Source: a virus. Taken from it: a stretch of 29,365 bases of DNA. Positions within the stretch are counted from its first letter, which is position 1; every line of letters begins with the position of its first letter. Below, one piece after another: positions 1 to 13,828 of the stretch. Under the pieces are notes generated by a model. That model was not told the DNA's origin, searched no databases, and saw only the letters and a program-made list of their open reading frames with translations. A program made the translations under genes and the position numbers. The stretch lies in the UHGV virus genome UHGV-0335882; one strand, 5' to 3'.

Positions 1-407
1 ATCTCAATCCCCGCCAGATGATAAGCATCCCGGAACAGCGTGTAACAGTCCGTCACCCCGTGCTCAAAGCACCGCCCGGTAAGATGCGGCACACAGCGGA
101 ATTTATGAATCTCACCCCGGCAGACCAGCCACCACGGCAAATCGCTCTGCACCTGCAGCCGCCTGTCAGCCTCACTCAGCCAGGGCAGACCACCGGGGTG
201 GCTGTGGACCAGCGCCACAATCTCACCCTGCATCTCTGCCCGCAGCCAGTCCTCCGGCGACATCCGGAAATACGCCTCCGGCTCACCGGAGATATTCACG
301 CAGGGAAAATATCTTTCCCCCTTCGGCGTTCTCACCACGAAGCCACACGACTCCGCTGGCGCACATCGCCGGGCGTGCGCCAGAATCGCTGATTCTGTCT
401 GTGTCAT
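1..407 (-). CDS. K: Tail assembly protein K, partial (N-terminal ~135 codons; 3' end lies beyond window start)
   Basis: Manual minus-strand translation from ATG at 407..405 gives MTQTESAILAHARRCAPAES..., matching the lambda gpK N-terminus as recalled. Absent from the ORF track because no stop lies in the window. Sits 5 nt downstream of the L stop, as in lambda. Confidence 0.8.
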   Translation of the reverse strand, partial: MTQTESAILAHARRCAPAESCGFVVRTPKGERYFPCVNISGEPEAYFRMSPEDWLRAEMQGEIVALVHSHPGGLPWLSEADRRLQVQSDLPWWLVCRGEIHKFRCVPHLTGRCFEHGVTDCYTLFRDAYHLAGIE

Positions 408-411
408 GGGA

Positions 412-1110
412 TTACTGCGAAAGTTTGTTAATGGAAAGGAAGCCGCCAAAGTTGCCGACGTTATTGCGGAACTTACAACCGCTCAGGCATTTGCTGCATT
501 TATCCTTCGTGATATCGGACGTTGGCTGGTCATATTCATCCGCGACAGCCGGACCGCTATAACCGCACTCGTCACCGCGATAGGTCCAGGTGCAGGTGTT
601 GGCCAGCATGATACGTCCCGGAAAAACAGCGCCATCCGTTTCCGTCGGCGTGGACAGTACAAAGGAGGCACTCACCGCGCTCAGTTCGCTGCACTGCTCA
701 ATGCGCCAGCGGCTGATCACCTCCTGCTCCGGATCGGCATAACTGTTTCCGTTGACGAAGTTCACCGCATCCAGAAAACGGGCGTAAACCTTACGCCGGA
801 CCACCGTTCCGCCGACCAGACTCTGCAGATCTTCCGCCATCCCGGTGACCATACCGTACAGGTTAGAAACCGTCAGCGTGGGGCGCGTACTGGTGCCTTT
901 GCCATTCAGTTCAAAACCGCTCCCCTGAATGGGATACGGCTGATACTGTCGCCCCTGCCAGGTGACCGGCTCACCTTTTTCGTTCTGCTCATTACAGAAA
1001 AAATAACGTTCTCCACCGACCTCTGTCAGGTCGATTTCCCAGAGCACCACGCTGGCCGACTGCTCCGCACGGGTGCATTCATTCAGTGTTTCCTGCCGGA
1101 TATCCTGCAT
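412..1110 (-). CDS. L: Minor tail protein L
   Basis: 232-aa ORF (MQDIRQETLNECTRAEQSASVVLWEIDL...) essentially identical to lambda gpL as recalled; lambda gene order M-L-K preserved. Confidence 0.95.
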   Translation of the reverse strand: MQDIRQETLNECTRAEQSASVVLWEIDLTEVGGERYFFCNEQNEKGEPVTWQGRQYQPYPIQGSGFELNGKGTSTRPTLTVSNLYGMVTGMAEDLQSLVGGTVVRRKVYARFLDAVNFVNGNSYADPEQEVISRWRIEQCSELSAVSASFVLSTPTETDGAVFPGRIMLANTCTWTYRGDECGYSGPAVADEYDQPTSDITKDKCSKCLSGCKFRNNVGNFGGFLSINKLSQ

Positions 1111-1439
1111 CAGTTCACCACCTGTTCAAACTCTGCGCTGAACTCAACACGCAGCATACTGACCCGCGACGACCATTTTGCGCAGGTCACCTTTATCTGC
1201 TGCCACTCATAAGGCGGCGTCCACAGAAAGGATTTCCAGCCCCCGTGCTCTTCCAGAAACGACTCCAGTACCGTGGCCTCCTCACGGGGGACAGAAAGCG
1301 TCACGCTGTACGTTTTCAGGTTGGCATTCAGCCCGGCAGGCGCTCGCTGAGAATAGCCATCACCAAAGCGCACCTTTCTTACAGAAGGGACCGAAGCCAC
1401 ATCCATACCGGGTTTCACTTTCCAGCGGAAGGTCTTCAT
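1110..1439 (-). CDS. M: Minor tail protein M
   Basis: 109-aa ORF (MKTFRWKVKPGMDVASVPSVRKVRFGDGY...) matches lambda gpM; overlaps the H stop by 4 nt as in lambda. Confidence 0.95.
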   Translation of the reverse strand: MKTFRWKVKPGMDVASVPSVRKVRFGDGYSQRAPAGLNANLKTYSVTLSVPREEATVLESFLEEHGGWKSFLWTPPYEWQQIKVTCAKWSSRVSMLRVEFSAEFEQVVN

Positions 1440-3997
1440 CGTCCACCTCCGGAGAACAGGCCACCATCACGCATCTGTGTCTGAATTTCATCACGGGCAC
1501 CCTTGCGGGCCATGTCATACACCGCCTTCAGAGCAGCCGGACCTATCTGCCCGTTCGTGCCGTCGTTGTTAATCACCACATGGTTATTCTGCTCAAACGT
1601 CCCGGACGCCTGCGACCGGCTGTCTGCCATGCTGCCCGGTGTACCGACATAACCGCCGGTGGCATAGCCGCGCATCAGCCGGTAAAGATTCCCCACGCCA
1701 ATCCGGCTGGTTGCCTCCTTCGTGAAGACAAACTCACCACGGTGAACAATCCCCGCTGGCTCATATTTGCCGCCGGTTCCCGTAAATCCTCCGGTTGCAA
1801 AATGGAATTTCGCCGCAGCGGCCTGAATGGCTGTACCGCCTGACGCGGATGCGCCGCCACCAACAGCCCCGCCAATGGCGCTGCCGATACTCCCGACAAT
1901 CCCCACCATTGCCTGCTTAAGCAGAATTTCTGTCATCATGGACAGCACGGAACGGGTGAAGCTGCGCCAGTTCTGCTCACTGCCGGTCAGCATCGCCGCC
2001 ATATTCTGTGCAATACCATCAAAGGTCTGCGTGGCTGCACTTTTTACCTGCGACATACTGTCCGTGGCGCTCTCTTCCCACTCACTCCAGCCGGACTTCA
2101 GGCCTGCCATCCAGTTCCCGCGAAGCTGGTCTTCAGCCGCCCAGGTCTTTTTCTGCTCTGACATGACGTTATTCAGCGCCAGCGGATTATCGCCATACTG
2201 TTCCTTCAGGCGCTGTTCCGTGGCTTCCCGTTCTGCCTGCCGGTCAGTCAGCCCCCGGCTTTTCGCATCAATGGCGGCCCGTTTTGCCCGTTGCTGCTGT
2301 GCGAATTTATCCGCCTGCTGCGCCAGCGCGTTCAGGCGCTCCTGATACGTAACCTTGTCGCCAAGTGCAGCCAGCTGGCGTTTGTACTCCAGCGTCTCAT
2401 CTTTATGCGCCAGCAGGGATTTCTCCTGTACAGACAGCTGGCGACGTTGCGCCGCCTCCTCCAGTACCGCGAACTGACTCTCCGCCTTCCACAAATCCCG
2501 GCGCTGCTGGCTGATTTTCTCATTTGCTCCGGCATGCTTCTCCAGCGTCCGGAGTTCAGCCTGAAGCGTCAGCAGGGCAGCATGAGCACTGTCTTCCTGA
2601 CGATCGCCCGCAGACACCTTCACGCCGGACTGCTTCGGCTTTTTCAGTGTCGTTTCATAGTCCTTTTTCGCTGCCGCCATCAGCGTGTTGTAATCTGCCT
2701 GCAGGATTTTTCCGTCTTTCAGGGCCTTATTCAGTTCTTCCTGACGGGCGGCATATTTCTCCAGCGGCGTCTGCAGCCGTTCGTAAGCCTTCTGCGCCTC
2801 TTCGGTATATTTCAGCCGTGACGCTTCGGTATCGCTCTGCTGCTGCGCATTTTTGTCCTGTTGACTCTGCTGTTCAGCCTTCTTTCGGGCGGCTTCAAGC
2901 GCAAGACGGGCCTTTTCACGATCATCCCAGTAACGCGCCCGCGCTTCATCGTTAACAAAATAATCATCCTTGCGCAGATTCCAGATGTCGTCTGCTTTCT
3001 TAAACGCAGCCTCTGCCTTAATCAGCATCTCCTGCGCGGTATCAGGACGACCAATATCCAGCACCGCATCCCACATGGATTTGAATGCCCGCGCAGTCCT
3101 GTCTGCCCAGGTCTCCAGCGTGCCCATGTTCTCTTTCAGGCGGCGGGTCTGGTCATCAAACCCTTTCGTTGCGGCCTCGTTCGCCGCCTGCAATGCCCCG
3201 GCTTCATCGCCGGAACGCTGCAACTGAGCAACATACGCAATCTGCTCCGCCGTCACGTTATGGAACTGGCGTGCCATCGCCGTCAGCCCCGACGTCGGGT
3301 CTGTGGTCAGCTTCCCGAAGGCTTCAGCGACCTTGTCCACCTCCACGCCGGATGCAGAGGAGAAACGCGCCACACTCTGGCTGATGGACGCAATCTGAGC
3401 CTCACCGCTTACCCCCGCCTTAACCAGTGCGCTGAGTGACTCGCTGGTCTGGTTAAACGTCAGCCCTGCCGCCTGCCCGGCTCTGGACAGGACCAGCATA
3501 CGATCTGCCGTCAGACCCGCCTGATTGCCGGAAAGGACCAGCGTTTTGTTGAAATCGGACAGGGTTGAGTTGCCCTGATACCAGGCATACGCCAGCGCAC
3601 CGGTCGCCACCGCCAGCGAGGTGGCCCCCACCATCGGCAGGGTGATCGCACCGGCAAGCCCCCTGAACATGGGGATCATCCCGCCGAAGGAGTCCTTCAC
3701 CTGCCCCCCCTGTTGCAGCAGGATCAGCCACGGACTTTGCCCGCCTGCAAGCTGCGTGGCCACGTCGGTGAACTGTGCAGGCAGCATACGCATGGCGGCT
3801 TTATACTGCCCGACGGAAATCCCCGCTTTCTGTGCAGCCAGCGCCTGTCGGCTCAGCGACTGTTCAACGACTGCCGCTGTTTTTTTCGCATCACTTTCCG
3901 TACCGGAAAAATGACGCCTGACTCTGGCCATCTGCTCGTCAAATCTGGCCGCATCCAGACTCAAATCAACGACCAGATCGCCTACCGGTTCAGCCAT
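1436..3997 (-). CDS. H: Tail tape measure protein H
   Basis: 853-aa ORF, same length as lambda gpH and near-identical along its length (MAEPVGDLVVDLSLDAARFDEQMARV... ...MRDGGLFSGGGR). Confidence 0.95.
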   Translation of the reverse strand: MAEPVGDLVVDLSLDAARFDEQMARVRRHFSGTESDAKKTAAVVEQSLSRQALAAQKAGISVGQYKAAMRMLPAQFTDVATQLAGGQSPWLILLQQGGQVKDSFGGMIPMFRGLAGAITLPMVGATSLAVATGALAYAWYQGNSTLSDFNKTLVLSGNQAGLTADRMLVLSRAGQAAGLTFNQTSESLSALVKAGVSGEAQIASISQSVARFSSASGVEVDKVAEAFGKLTTDPTSGLTAMARQFHNVTAEQIAYVAQLQRSGDEAGALQAANEAATKGFDDQTRRLKENMGTLETWADRTARAFKSMWDAVLDIGRPDTAQEMLIKAEAAFKKADDIWNLRKDDYFVNDEARARYWDDREKARLALEAARKKAEQQSQQDKNAQQQSDTEASRLKYTEEAQKAYERLQTPLEKYAARQEELNKALKDGKILQADYNTLMAAAKKDYETTLKKPKQSGVKVSAGDRQEDSAHAALLTLQAELRTLEKHAGANEKISQQRRDLWKAESQFAVLEEAAQRRQLSVQEKSLLAHKDETLEYKRQLAALGDKVTYQERLNALAQQADKFAQQQRAKRAAIDAKSRGLTDRQAEREATEQRLKEQYGDNPLALNNVMSEQKKTWAAEDQLRGNWMAGLKSGWSEWEESATDSMSQVKSAATQTFDGIAQNMAAMLTGSEQNWRSFTRSVLSMMTEILLKQAMVGIVGSIGSAIGGAVGGGASASGGTAIQAAAAKFHFATGGFTGTGGKYEPAGIVHRGEFVFTKEATSRIGVGNLYRLMRGYATGGYVGTPGSMADSRSQASGTFEQNNHVVINNDGTNGQIGPAALKAVYDMARKGARDEIQTQMRDGGLFSGGGR

Positions 3998-4828
3998 ACC
4001 GGACTCCTCCTGCGATCCCTTCTGATACTGTCATCAGCATTACGTCATCCTCCGTCATGTCCGCCACATCCGGGGAAGCGGGGATAACTTCATTCCCGTC
4101 CGGGCCAAAGCGGACACCTCCGGCAAGCCCTGCCGCTTTCTGCATCAGCACATCATCTTCAGGCTCTTCGTCAGCCTCGCGCCGGTTCAGCAGACTGAAA
4201 TCCAGCGGATGCATATCCGGATCGCTGAAAAACAGGCTGAGCACGGTGTACGTCAGCCCGGAAAAGTGCATATCCAGCAGAACATCATGAAAATAATGGG
4301 TACTGTAAAAGCGGTGCCAGTCGGCATACTCCGTGGATGACATCCCGGCAAGCATGGCACGCCAGTCGGGTCGCCCCATCTCACGCGCCAGTTTCAGGGC
4401 AAAACTCAGCTCACCGTCGAACACTTTCCCGCAGAAACAGGCTCTGCAGGCCCGGCGTCCTCTGCCTGTTCGGGGGCATTATTCACCACAAACTCATACA
4501 TACCGGACAGCCGGTACACCACGTTTTCAGCATGAGAAATTGCCTCTGTGGGCCAGGTGGTAAGCACTTCCTGCTCAATCTGTTTAACGGCTTCATTCAT
4601 GGACGGCATCTGCGTCTTCTTCGGATGGTTATGCCACAGGGACATCGCCACCAGAAACGCGCCGGTTCTGATGACGTCTTCCACAGTAACCTGCCGGTTG
4701 CTGTCGGATCCCGCCGGTTCTGCCTGCCGTTTCATCAGGGCAAGATGCTCAATACGCTGCAGGGCTGACAGTTCAGAAAGCGTGACGGTCACGCCGTTAT
4801 ATTCAAATGATTCGGTTTTCAGGAACAT
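3990..4828 (-). CDS. T: Tail assembly chaperone G-T fusion made by -1 programmed ribosomal frameshift (G frame 4828..4424, then T frame 4430..3990)
   Basis: T-frame ORF (FDGELSFALKLAREMGRPDW...) matches lambda gpT and overlaps the 3' end of G in the -1 frame. Slippery heptamer G GGA AAG is present at the overlap. Confidence 0.85.
4406..4828 (-). CDS. G: Tail assembly chaperone G
   Basis: 140-aa ORF (MFLKTESFEYNGVTVTLSELSALQRIEHLALMKRQ...) matches lambda gpG. Confidence 0.93.
   Translation of the reverse strand: MFLKTESFEYNGVTVTLSELSALQRIEHLALMKRQAEPAGSDSNRQVTVEDVIRTGAFLVAMSLWHNHPKKTQMPSMNEAVKQIEQEVLTTWPTEAISHAENVVYRLSGMYEFVVNNAPEQAEDAGPAEPVSAGKCSTVS
4424..4430 (-). other. -1 programmed frameshift slippery site G GGA AAG (G to G-T)
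   Basis: Minus-strand heptamer GGGAAAG, with GGA and AAG as zero-frame codons of G (…S A G K C S T V S stop). The -1 frame continues into the T ORF. Confidence 0.8.
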
Positions 4829-4843
4829 CGCTGACTCTCCGGA

Positions 4844-5584
4844 TTAACTGGCGGTGACGGTGATTTCTGCAACCGCAGCAAACTCACCATTACCGGATAC
4901 AACCGGAATGTTGACCTTGCCTGCAGCAACGCCGTTCACGGTGATGGTCATACCGCTGACCGACACGGTGGCTTTTGTTTTATCCGCAGACACCGCACGG
5001 AAGCTCTTGTCGGTTGCGCCCTCCGGCTGGAATGCCACGGTCAGCGTAGTGCTCTGCCCTTTCACTACGGAAGCACTGGCGGGTGTCACCGTCATGCCGG
5101 TTGTCGCCGTCACCGTGCTGCGATCTTCTGCCATCGACGGACGTCCCACGTTGGTGACTTTCACCGTGCGGGTGATCACTTCCTTCGCCGTCACCGCCTT
5201 ACCGATACTGCTGACCCAGCCGCGGAACACATCGACCGTGCCGTTCGGGAAGCGGATTTTATAGGCACGGGTATCCCCTTCATTAAACCACGCCAGCAGC
5301 GCCTGCTGCCCCTGCTCTCCGGGCATCCACGCCAGCGTGAAGCTGGTATCTCCGGCAGATTTCTGCCCCTGCCCGGTCGCAGTCCAGTCCGCATCTTCAT
5401 CATCGAGATAGCTGTCGTCATAGGACTCAGCGCTCAGTTCGCCGGGCGTCAGGTCTTTAACTTTAGCCAGACGCGACCAGTCAACGTCTGAAAGCGGGTT
5501 CGCATAAGGGTCACCGTTCCCCTTATAAACCCACAGGGTGGTCCCGGCCCCTTTCACCGGCATTACTGGATTTGGTACAGGCAT
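4844..5584 (-). CDS. V: Major tail protein V
   Basis: ORF matches lambda gpV from [22 protein letters not shown]... Start set at the internal ATG (5584) that corresponds to the lambda V start and has a GAGGA Shine-Dalgarno upstream; the track ORF extends 10 codons further 5'. Confidence 0.92.
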   Translation of the reverse strand: MPVPNPVMPVKGAGTTLWVYKGNGDPYANPLSDVDWSRLAKVKDLTPGELSAESYDDSYLDDEDADWTATGQGQKSAGDTSFTLAWMPGEQGQQALLAWFNEGDTRAYKIRFPNGTVDVFRGWVSSIGKAVTAKEVITRTVKVTNVGRPSMAEDRSTVTATTGMTVTPASASVVKGQSTTLTVAFQPEGATDKSFRAVSADKTKATVSVSGMTITVNGVAAGKVNIPVVSGNGEFAAVAEITVTAS

Positions 5585-5591
5585 ATCGTCC

Positions 5592-5987
5592 TCACATTTC
5601 ATAGGTAATGACATAAGTCAGATCGGCTGAACTCCACAGGCCCGCATCATCGTCGCGCCGGTAGTCATAGCCACTGGCCACCATACTGGTGATCAAATCT
5701 GACAGTGCCGGGACATCGCTCATCACCGGATAAATCCGGGACTCCATCCACGAATCCAGCTCTGAATCCGGCACCTGAGCAGGCAGGAAAACTTCAATAT
5801 GCAGCTCCGCCTGCCAGGTATCGCTGTCCAGCTCTTCGCCCGTGTATTCAGCGCCGGTGAGATAAACGGCAACTGCCGGAAAATCCTCCTCATCAAAAAC
5901 AGCGGGGCGACCATCAAAAAGCGTCGCCCCGGTGTCATGTTTTTCCAGTGCATCCAGTACGGCTGCACGGAGTTCTGTATGTTTCAT
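5592..5987 (-). CDS. U: Tail terminator protein U
   Basis: 131-aa ORF ([36 protein letters not shown]...) matches lambda gpU. Confidence 0.93.
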   Translation of the reverse strand: MKHTELRAAVLDALEKHDTGATLFDGRPAVFDEEDFPAVAVYLTGAEYTGEELDSDTWQAELHIEVFLPAQVPDSELDSWMESRIYPVMSDVPALSDLITSMVASGYDYRRDDDAGLWSSADLTYVITYEM

Positions 5988-6562
5988 CGCTTTATTACCA
6001 TCCTCAGTTGATGCTGCAGCGCATAGCCCAGCTCTTTCGGAAGACGTTCACGCCGTATCCGCTCAATATTCTGTTTAAACGCCGTGGTCAGCGGCACTGC
6101 CATCGGGATTTTCACCACATCAATGGGGTAACGGTTTTTCCCGGCCACACGCTGCATGACATGCCATCGGCCATTTTTCAGTTGCTGAATAAACGCGCCG
6201 GGAATACGACGGTTTCCCACCACAAGCACGCTGTCGCCACCTTTCAGGGATGAACGCTGCCCCTTTTTACGACGCCTGCGTCGGGACAGGACAACCCGCG
6301 CGTTACCCAGCCTGATTACGGGCAAATCCCCCCGGTTAACCTTGATTCTGGCCTGCGGATTTTTGACCGTGGCCCTTTTCAGCCTGGCCCTTTCCTTTAC
6401 CAGTTTCCGGCGTACCTTTGTCTCACGGGCAACCTGTGACGCCGACTGCGATATCGCGGATGAAGCAACGCGGTTAATGGCCATTGCGGCGGCACCGGGC
6501 ACCGCCGTTCTGCTGATACGGCTGAGGTTTTCAACGGCCTGCTCAAGACCTTTTATGGCCAT
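5984..6562 (-). CDS. Z: Tail completion protein Z
   Basis: 192-aa ORF (MAIKGLEQAVENLSRISRTAVPGAAAMAINRV...) matches lambda gpZ; 4-nt overlap with U. Confidence 0.93.
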   Translation of the reverse strand: MAIKGLEQAVENLSRISRTAVPGAAAMAINRVASSAISQSASQVARETKVRRKLVKERARLKRATVKNPQARIKVNRGDLPVIRLGNARVVLSRRRRRKKGQRSSLKGGDSVLVVGNRRIPGAFIQQLKNGRWHVMQRVAGKNRYPIDVVKIPMAVPLTTAFKQNIERIRRERLPKELGYALQHQLRMVIKR

Positions 6563-6573
6563 ACATCCCCCCT

Positions 6574-6927
6574 TCAGCGACGACGGTTAACGGCAGGCGG
6601 CACGCCACGCCCAAGCCAGAGATGACAGCTTCCGCCATCATCCGTCGAAATCCGGTCTATCCAGAAGTTTTCCTCACCGATGGTCAGCGTGTCGCCGCGC
6701 CGCAGCTGCCGCACATCATCAGTCCGGACAAACAGGGACGGGCTGGAGCCTTCAACGCGCACGCCCTGTCCGGCATAGCTGATATTTTCAGGGTCATCAA
6801 AAACACCACGTATTACTGCGCCGGACTGCTCACCGGATGTCATGGTGGCTGACGTTCCCATGTACCCGCGTATCGTTTCATCGGCGCGGACAATGGCAGC
6901 ATCGAACAGGTTATCGAAATCAGCCAC
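6574..6927 (-). CDS. FII: Head-tail joining protein FII
   Basis: 117-aa ORF (MADFDNLFDAAIVRADETIRGYMGTSATMTSGEQ...) matches lambda gpFII. Confidence 0.93.
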   Translation of the reverse strand: MADFDNLFDAAIVRADETIRGYMGTSATMTSGEQSGAVIRGVFDDPENISYAGQGVRVEGSSPSLFVRTDDVRQLRRGDTLTIGEENFWIDRISTDDGGSCHLWLGRGVPPAVNRRR

Positions 6928-6938
6928 AGCGCCTCCCG

Positions 6939-7337
6939 TTATTGCATTCTGGCCAGGCCACGTTCTGTCATTTCGGCTGCCACACCGGCAGAGACACGGA
7001 ACGCCGTTCCCGGAAGCACAAATGCCACAGGTTCATCCCGCGTGGCGTGAAGTGCATCAGTATGCAGCGTCACCAGTGCCACGACCGTGACCAGTTCAGA
7101 CGTATCCAGAATCACGGTATCCGGCTGCGCTGATCCCACCTCATTTTCATGTCCGGTCAGCACATTTTCCCGGCTGAGAGGGGTGTCCTGACCGGCAGTT
7201 TCATCCGTGTCATCAAGCTCCTCTTCCAGCTCTGCCACACGGAGCGCCAGTTCTTCTTTCGTCCCCGTCAGGCTGACATCACGGTTCAGTTGTTCACCCA
7301 GCGAGCGGAGACGGGCAATCAGTTCATCTTTCGTCAT
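6939..7337 (-). CDS. FI: DNA packaging/head completion protein FI
   Basis: ORF matches lambda gpFI from MTKDELIARLRSLGEQLNRDVSLTGTKEELALRVAEL... Start set at the internal ATG (7337) preceded by GGAGG; the track ORF extends 13 codons 5'. Confidence 0.9.
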   Translation of the reverse strand: MTKDELIARLRSLGEQLNRDVSLTGTKEELALRVAELEEELDDTDETAGQDTPLSRENVLTGHENEVGSAQPDTVILDTSELVTVVALVTLHTDALHATRDEPVAFVLPGTAFRVSAGVAAEMTERGLARMQ

Positions 7338-7378
7338 GGACTCCTCCACAGAGAAACAATGGCCCCGAAGGGCCATGA

Positions 7379-8404
7379 TTACGCCAGTTGTACGGACACG
7401 AACTCATCAGGGTCAGCCAGCAGCATCAGCGGTGCTGACTGAATCATGGTGAACTCACGCGCCGGATCGCCGGTGGTCACCCAGTTTTTCGGGTAACGGG
7501 CAGAGGCGTTAATGCCTTCGAGCTGTGCGTCCGCATCCTGAATGCAGCCATAGGTGCGCAGACCGCGTGCCTGAGTGTTCCCCAGCACCATCGTGTTGTC
7601 CGGCAGGAAGTTCTTTTTGACGCCGTTTTCCACGTACTGTCCGGAATACACGACGATGGCCACATCGCCATACATCCCCTTATAGGACACCGCTTTACCC
7701 AGGTCTTTCACCGCTGTCTCCAGCTCGGAATTAGAACCACGACGGGTATCCAGCTTCTCCTTGACGGCTTTGAAGGAACGGAACAGCGCCCAGCCTTTCG
7801 GATCGAACACGATGATATTCACCACACCGCTGGCGTTCAGCGCGTAGGCTTCGATATCGTCGGTCGGGTCATACGTGGACTTGTCACGCTTGCTCCACTC
7901 CGTGCCGCCGGACTGCGTGATGTTATTCTCCTCACTGCGGCCCATATCCACCTCAACCGGATCGAAGGCTTCACCGGTCATGGTGTATTTGCCCTTAAGC
8001 ACGGCAGAAACTGCCTGCATCTCTTCGACCTGAGCAATGGCCAGCTCTTCGTCACGCATGTTCTGCATGATGATGCGACGGCGGCGGTAAGCCGGGTCCA
8101 CCAGATTCTGCGGATCTTCATCCGGCAGGCGACGCAGGGTCATCTGCGGATTCACTTCATGCTTCGGCTTGACATATCCCGGCGTAAATTCAGAGGTGGA
8201 GCCGCCACGGGAACGGATAACCTCACCGGAAACAATCGGCGAAACGTACAGCGCCATGTTTACCAGTCCCGGAATTTGTGAGAGATAGACTTTCTCCGTG
8301 GTGAAGGGATAGCTCTCACGGAAAAAGAGACGCAGAAACAGCGGATCAAACTTAAATTTCTGCTCATTTGCCGCCAGCAGCTGGGCGGTTGTGTACATCG
8401 ACAT
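7379..8404 (-). CDS. E: Major capsid protein E
   Basis: ORF matches lambda gpE (341 aa) from MSMYTTAQLLAANEQKFKFDPLFLRLFFRESYPF... Start set at the internal ATG (8404) corresponding to the lambda E start. Confidence 0.93.
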   Translation of the reverse strand: MSMYTTAQLLAANEQKFKFDPLFLRLFFRESYPFTTEKVYLSQIPGLVNMALYVSPIVSGEVIRSRGGSTSEFTPGYVKPKHEVNPQMTLRRLPDEDPQNLVDPAYRRRRIIMQNMRDEELAIAQVEEMQAVSAVLKGKYTMTGEAFDPVEVDMGRSEENNITQSGGTEWSKRDKSTYDPTDDIEAYALNASGVVNIIVFDPKGWALFRSFKAVKEKLDTRRGSNSELETAVKDLGKAVSYKGMYGDVAIVVYSGQYVENGVKKNFLPDNTMVLGNTQARGLRTYGCIQDADAQLEGINASARYPKNWVTTGDPAREFTMIQSAPLMLLADPDEFVSVQLA

Positions 8405-8413
8405 AAAAAAATC

Positions 8414-8438
8414 CCGTAAAAAAAGCCGCACAGGCGGC
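8414..8438 (-). terminator. Intrinsic-terminator-like hairpin between D and E (GCCGCCTGTGCGGC followed by T7 on the minus strand)
   Basis: GC-rich inverted repeat with a U-run on the coding (minus) strand in the D-E gap. Lies inside the late operon, so it would normally be read through under antitermination. Confidence 0.4.
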
Positions 8439-8459
8439 CTTTAGTGATGAAGGGTAAAG

Positions 8460-8792
8460 TTAAACGATGCTGATTGCCGTTCCGGCAAACGCGGTCCGTT
8501 TTTTCGTCTCGTCGCTGGCAGCCTCCGGCCAGAGCACATCCTCATAACGGAACGTGCCGGACTTGTAGAACGTCAGCGTGGTGCTGGTCTGGTCAGCAGC
8601 AACCGCAAGAATGCCAACGGCAGCACCGTCGGTGGTGCCATCCCACGCAACCAGCTTACGGCTGGAGGTGTCCAGCATCAGCGGGGTCATTGCAGGCGCT
8701 TTCGCACTCAATCCGCCGGGCGCGGTTGCGGTATGAGCCGGGTCACTGTTGCCCAGCGGCTGGTAATGGGTAAAGGTTTCTTTGCTCGTCAT
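8460..8792 (-). CDS. D: Capsid decoration protein D
   Basis: ORF matches lambda gpD ([40 protein letters not shown]...); start at the ATG corresponding to the lambda D start. Confidence 0.93.
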   Translation of the reverse strand: MTSKETFTHYQPLGNSDPAHTATAPGGLSAKAPAMTPLMLDTSSRKLVAWDGTTDGAAVGILAVAADQTSTTLTFYKSGTFRYEDVLWPEAASDETKKRTAFAGTAISIV

Positions 8793-8801
8793 AAACATCC
8801 C

Positions 8802-9407
8802 TTACACTGGTGTGTTCAGCAAATCGTTAACGGCATCAGATGCCAGGTTACCTGCAGCCAGCGGTGCCGGTGCCCCCTGCATCAGACGATCCAGCGCAGT
8901 GTCACTGCGCGCCTGTGCACTCTGTGGTGCAACTGCCAGAATGCGGCGGGCCGTTTCCACGGTCATACCAGGGGTTTCGGCCAGCACGCGTGCCTGTTCT
9001 TCGCGTCCGTGAGCTTCCTCACAGTTGAGGATCCCCATAATGCGACTGTTTTCTGCCGCAACCGCTGCGGTGATCTGCGCGTTCACGTCCGGCTGCGCAG
9101 CGCTGGCGTTCTCGCCCTCCGTCGCTGGCACCACGCCAGTAACGTCAGCCTGCGAAGCAGTGGCTGAAACAGTTGTTGATTGAGTCTCTTTGGTCATTCG
9201 CCCTCCTGAGAGACGGGATTTACGTGCATCCAGTGCATCACGCATGACGGTGATCGCATCGGTACTGTTAACAAGTTCATCAGCCAGTCCGGCATCAATG
9301 GCCTCCTGACCGCTGTACACTGCAGCCTCGGTATCCAGCACAGCCTGCACGGACAGGCCGGTATATGCCGACACCTTCTGTGCAAACATCCGGCGGGTTG
9401 CATCCAT
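8802..9407 (-). CDS. Nu3: Scaffolding protein Nu3 (in-frame internal start within C)
   Basis: Internal ATG at 9407 gives a 201-aa product (MDATRRMFAQKVSAYTGLSVQ... to the C stop), the same length and arrangement as lambda Nu3 nested in the C frame. Confidence 0.75.
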   Translation of the reverse strand: MDATRRMFAQKVSAYTGLSVQAVLDTEAAVYSGQEAIDAGLADELVNSTDAITVMRDALDARKSRLSGGRMTKETQSTTVSATASQADVTGVVPATEGENASAAQPDVNAQITAAVAAENSRIMGILNCEEAHGREEQARVLAETPGMTVETARRILAVAPQSAQARSDTALDRLMQGAPAPLAAGNLASDAVNDLLNTPV

Positions 9408-10101
9408 CCGGGACTGCAGTGTTTCCCGGACATCATCCGGTAGATGGCTGTAGGGGTTGCCATCCACCTTATGGCTGCCGCTGTAAATCAGCGTGATTTC
9501 CACGCCCTGTTTCTCCAGCGCAGCACCGTAATTACTGTGAGCCATCATGACGCCGATGGAGCCTGTCCGGGCGGTCTGCGTGACCAGACGTCGGGAGGCG
9601 GCGCTGGCAAGCAACTGACCTGCACTGCAGTTCATGTCGTTGGCCAGCGCCCATACCGGCTTTATGTCACGCACACGGGCGATGATGTCAGCGCAGTCAA
9701 ATGCCCCTGCCACCATCCCGCCTGGCGTATCCATATCGAGCAGAATGCCGTCCACCATCGGGTCGCTGGCAGCCTGTTGCAGACGGGCGATAATGCCGTT
9801 GTAACCGGTCATCCCCGAATACGGCTGCAGCGCTCGCGTCCGACTGACCAGCGTGCCGGACACCGGCAGCACGGCGATGCCGTTCATGACCTGATAACTG
9901 CGGGCCTGTCGTGGTCCGTCATCATCAACGGATAACGCCAGCGCCGCGGGTGCCTCTCCGGCAGTCAGGCTGTCGCCGGATACCGCATCCGTCAGGCGGC
10001 TGATCCCAAGCTGGCCTGCAAGCGCACAAAAGAAAACCCGCGCATAGGCGGGTTCAAGCATCAGCGGCTCATTAAAGGCCATACTGGCAATATGCGGGAG
10101 A

Positions 10102-10121
<20 letters not shown>
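8802..10121 (-). CDS. C: Head protease/scaffold-processing protein C (GTG start)
   Basis: ORF matches lambda gpC (439 aa) from TAELRNLPHIASMAFNEPLMLEPAYARVFF... The position equivalent to the lambda start is GTG (10121..10119), preceded by AGGAGG, giving the same 20-nt B/C overlap as lambda. Confidence 0.85.

Positions 10122-13802
<3,681 letters not shown>

Positions 13803-13828
<26 letters not shown>

Noticed and set aside
18-392. Plus-strand 124-aa ORF at the window start
   Set aside because: Antisense to the gpK coding sequence, which is read on the minus strand from 407; low-complexity Pro/Arg-rich translation typical of a shadow ORF.
406-1212. Plus-strand 268-aa ORF overlapping L and M
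   Set aside because: Antisense shadow of the lambda L and M genes; no ribosome-binding site or recognisable protein features.
1827-3439. Several plus-strand ORFs of 85-192 aa within the H region
   Set aside because: All lie antisense to the 853-aa tape measure gene and have Ala/Arg/Ser/Cys-rich translations characteristic of the reverse strand of a GC-rich gene.
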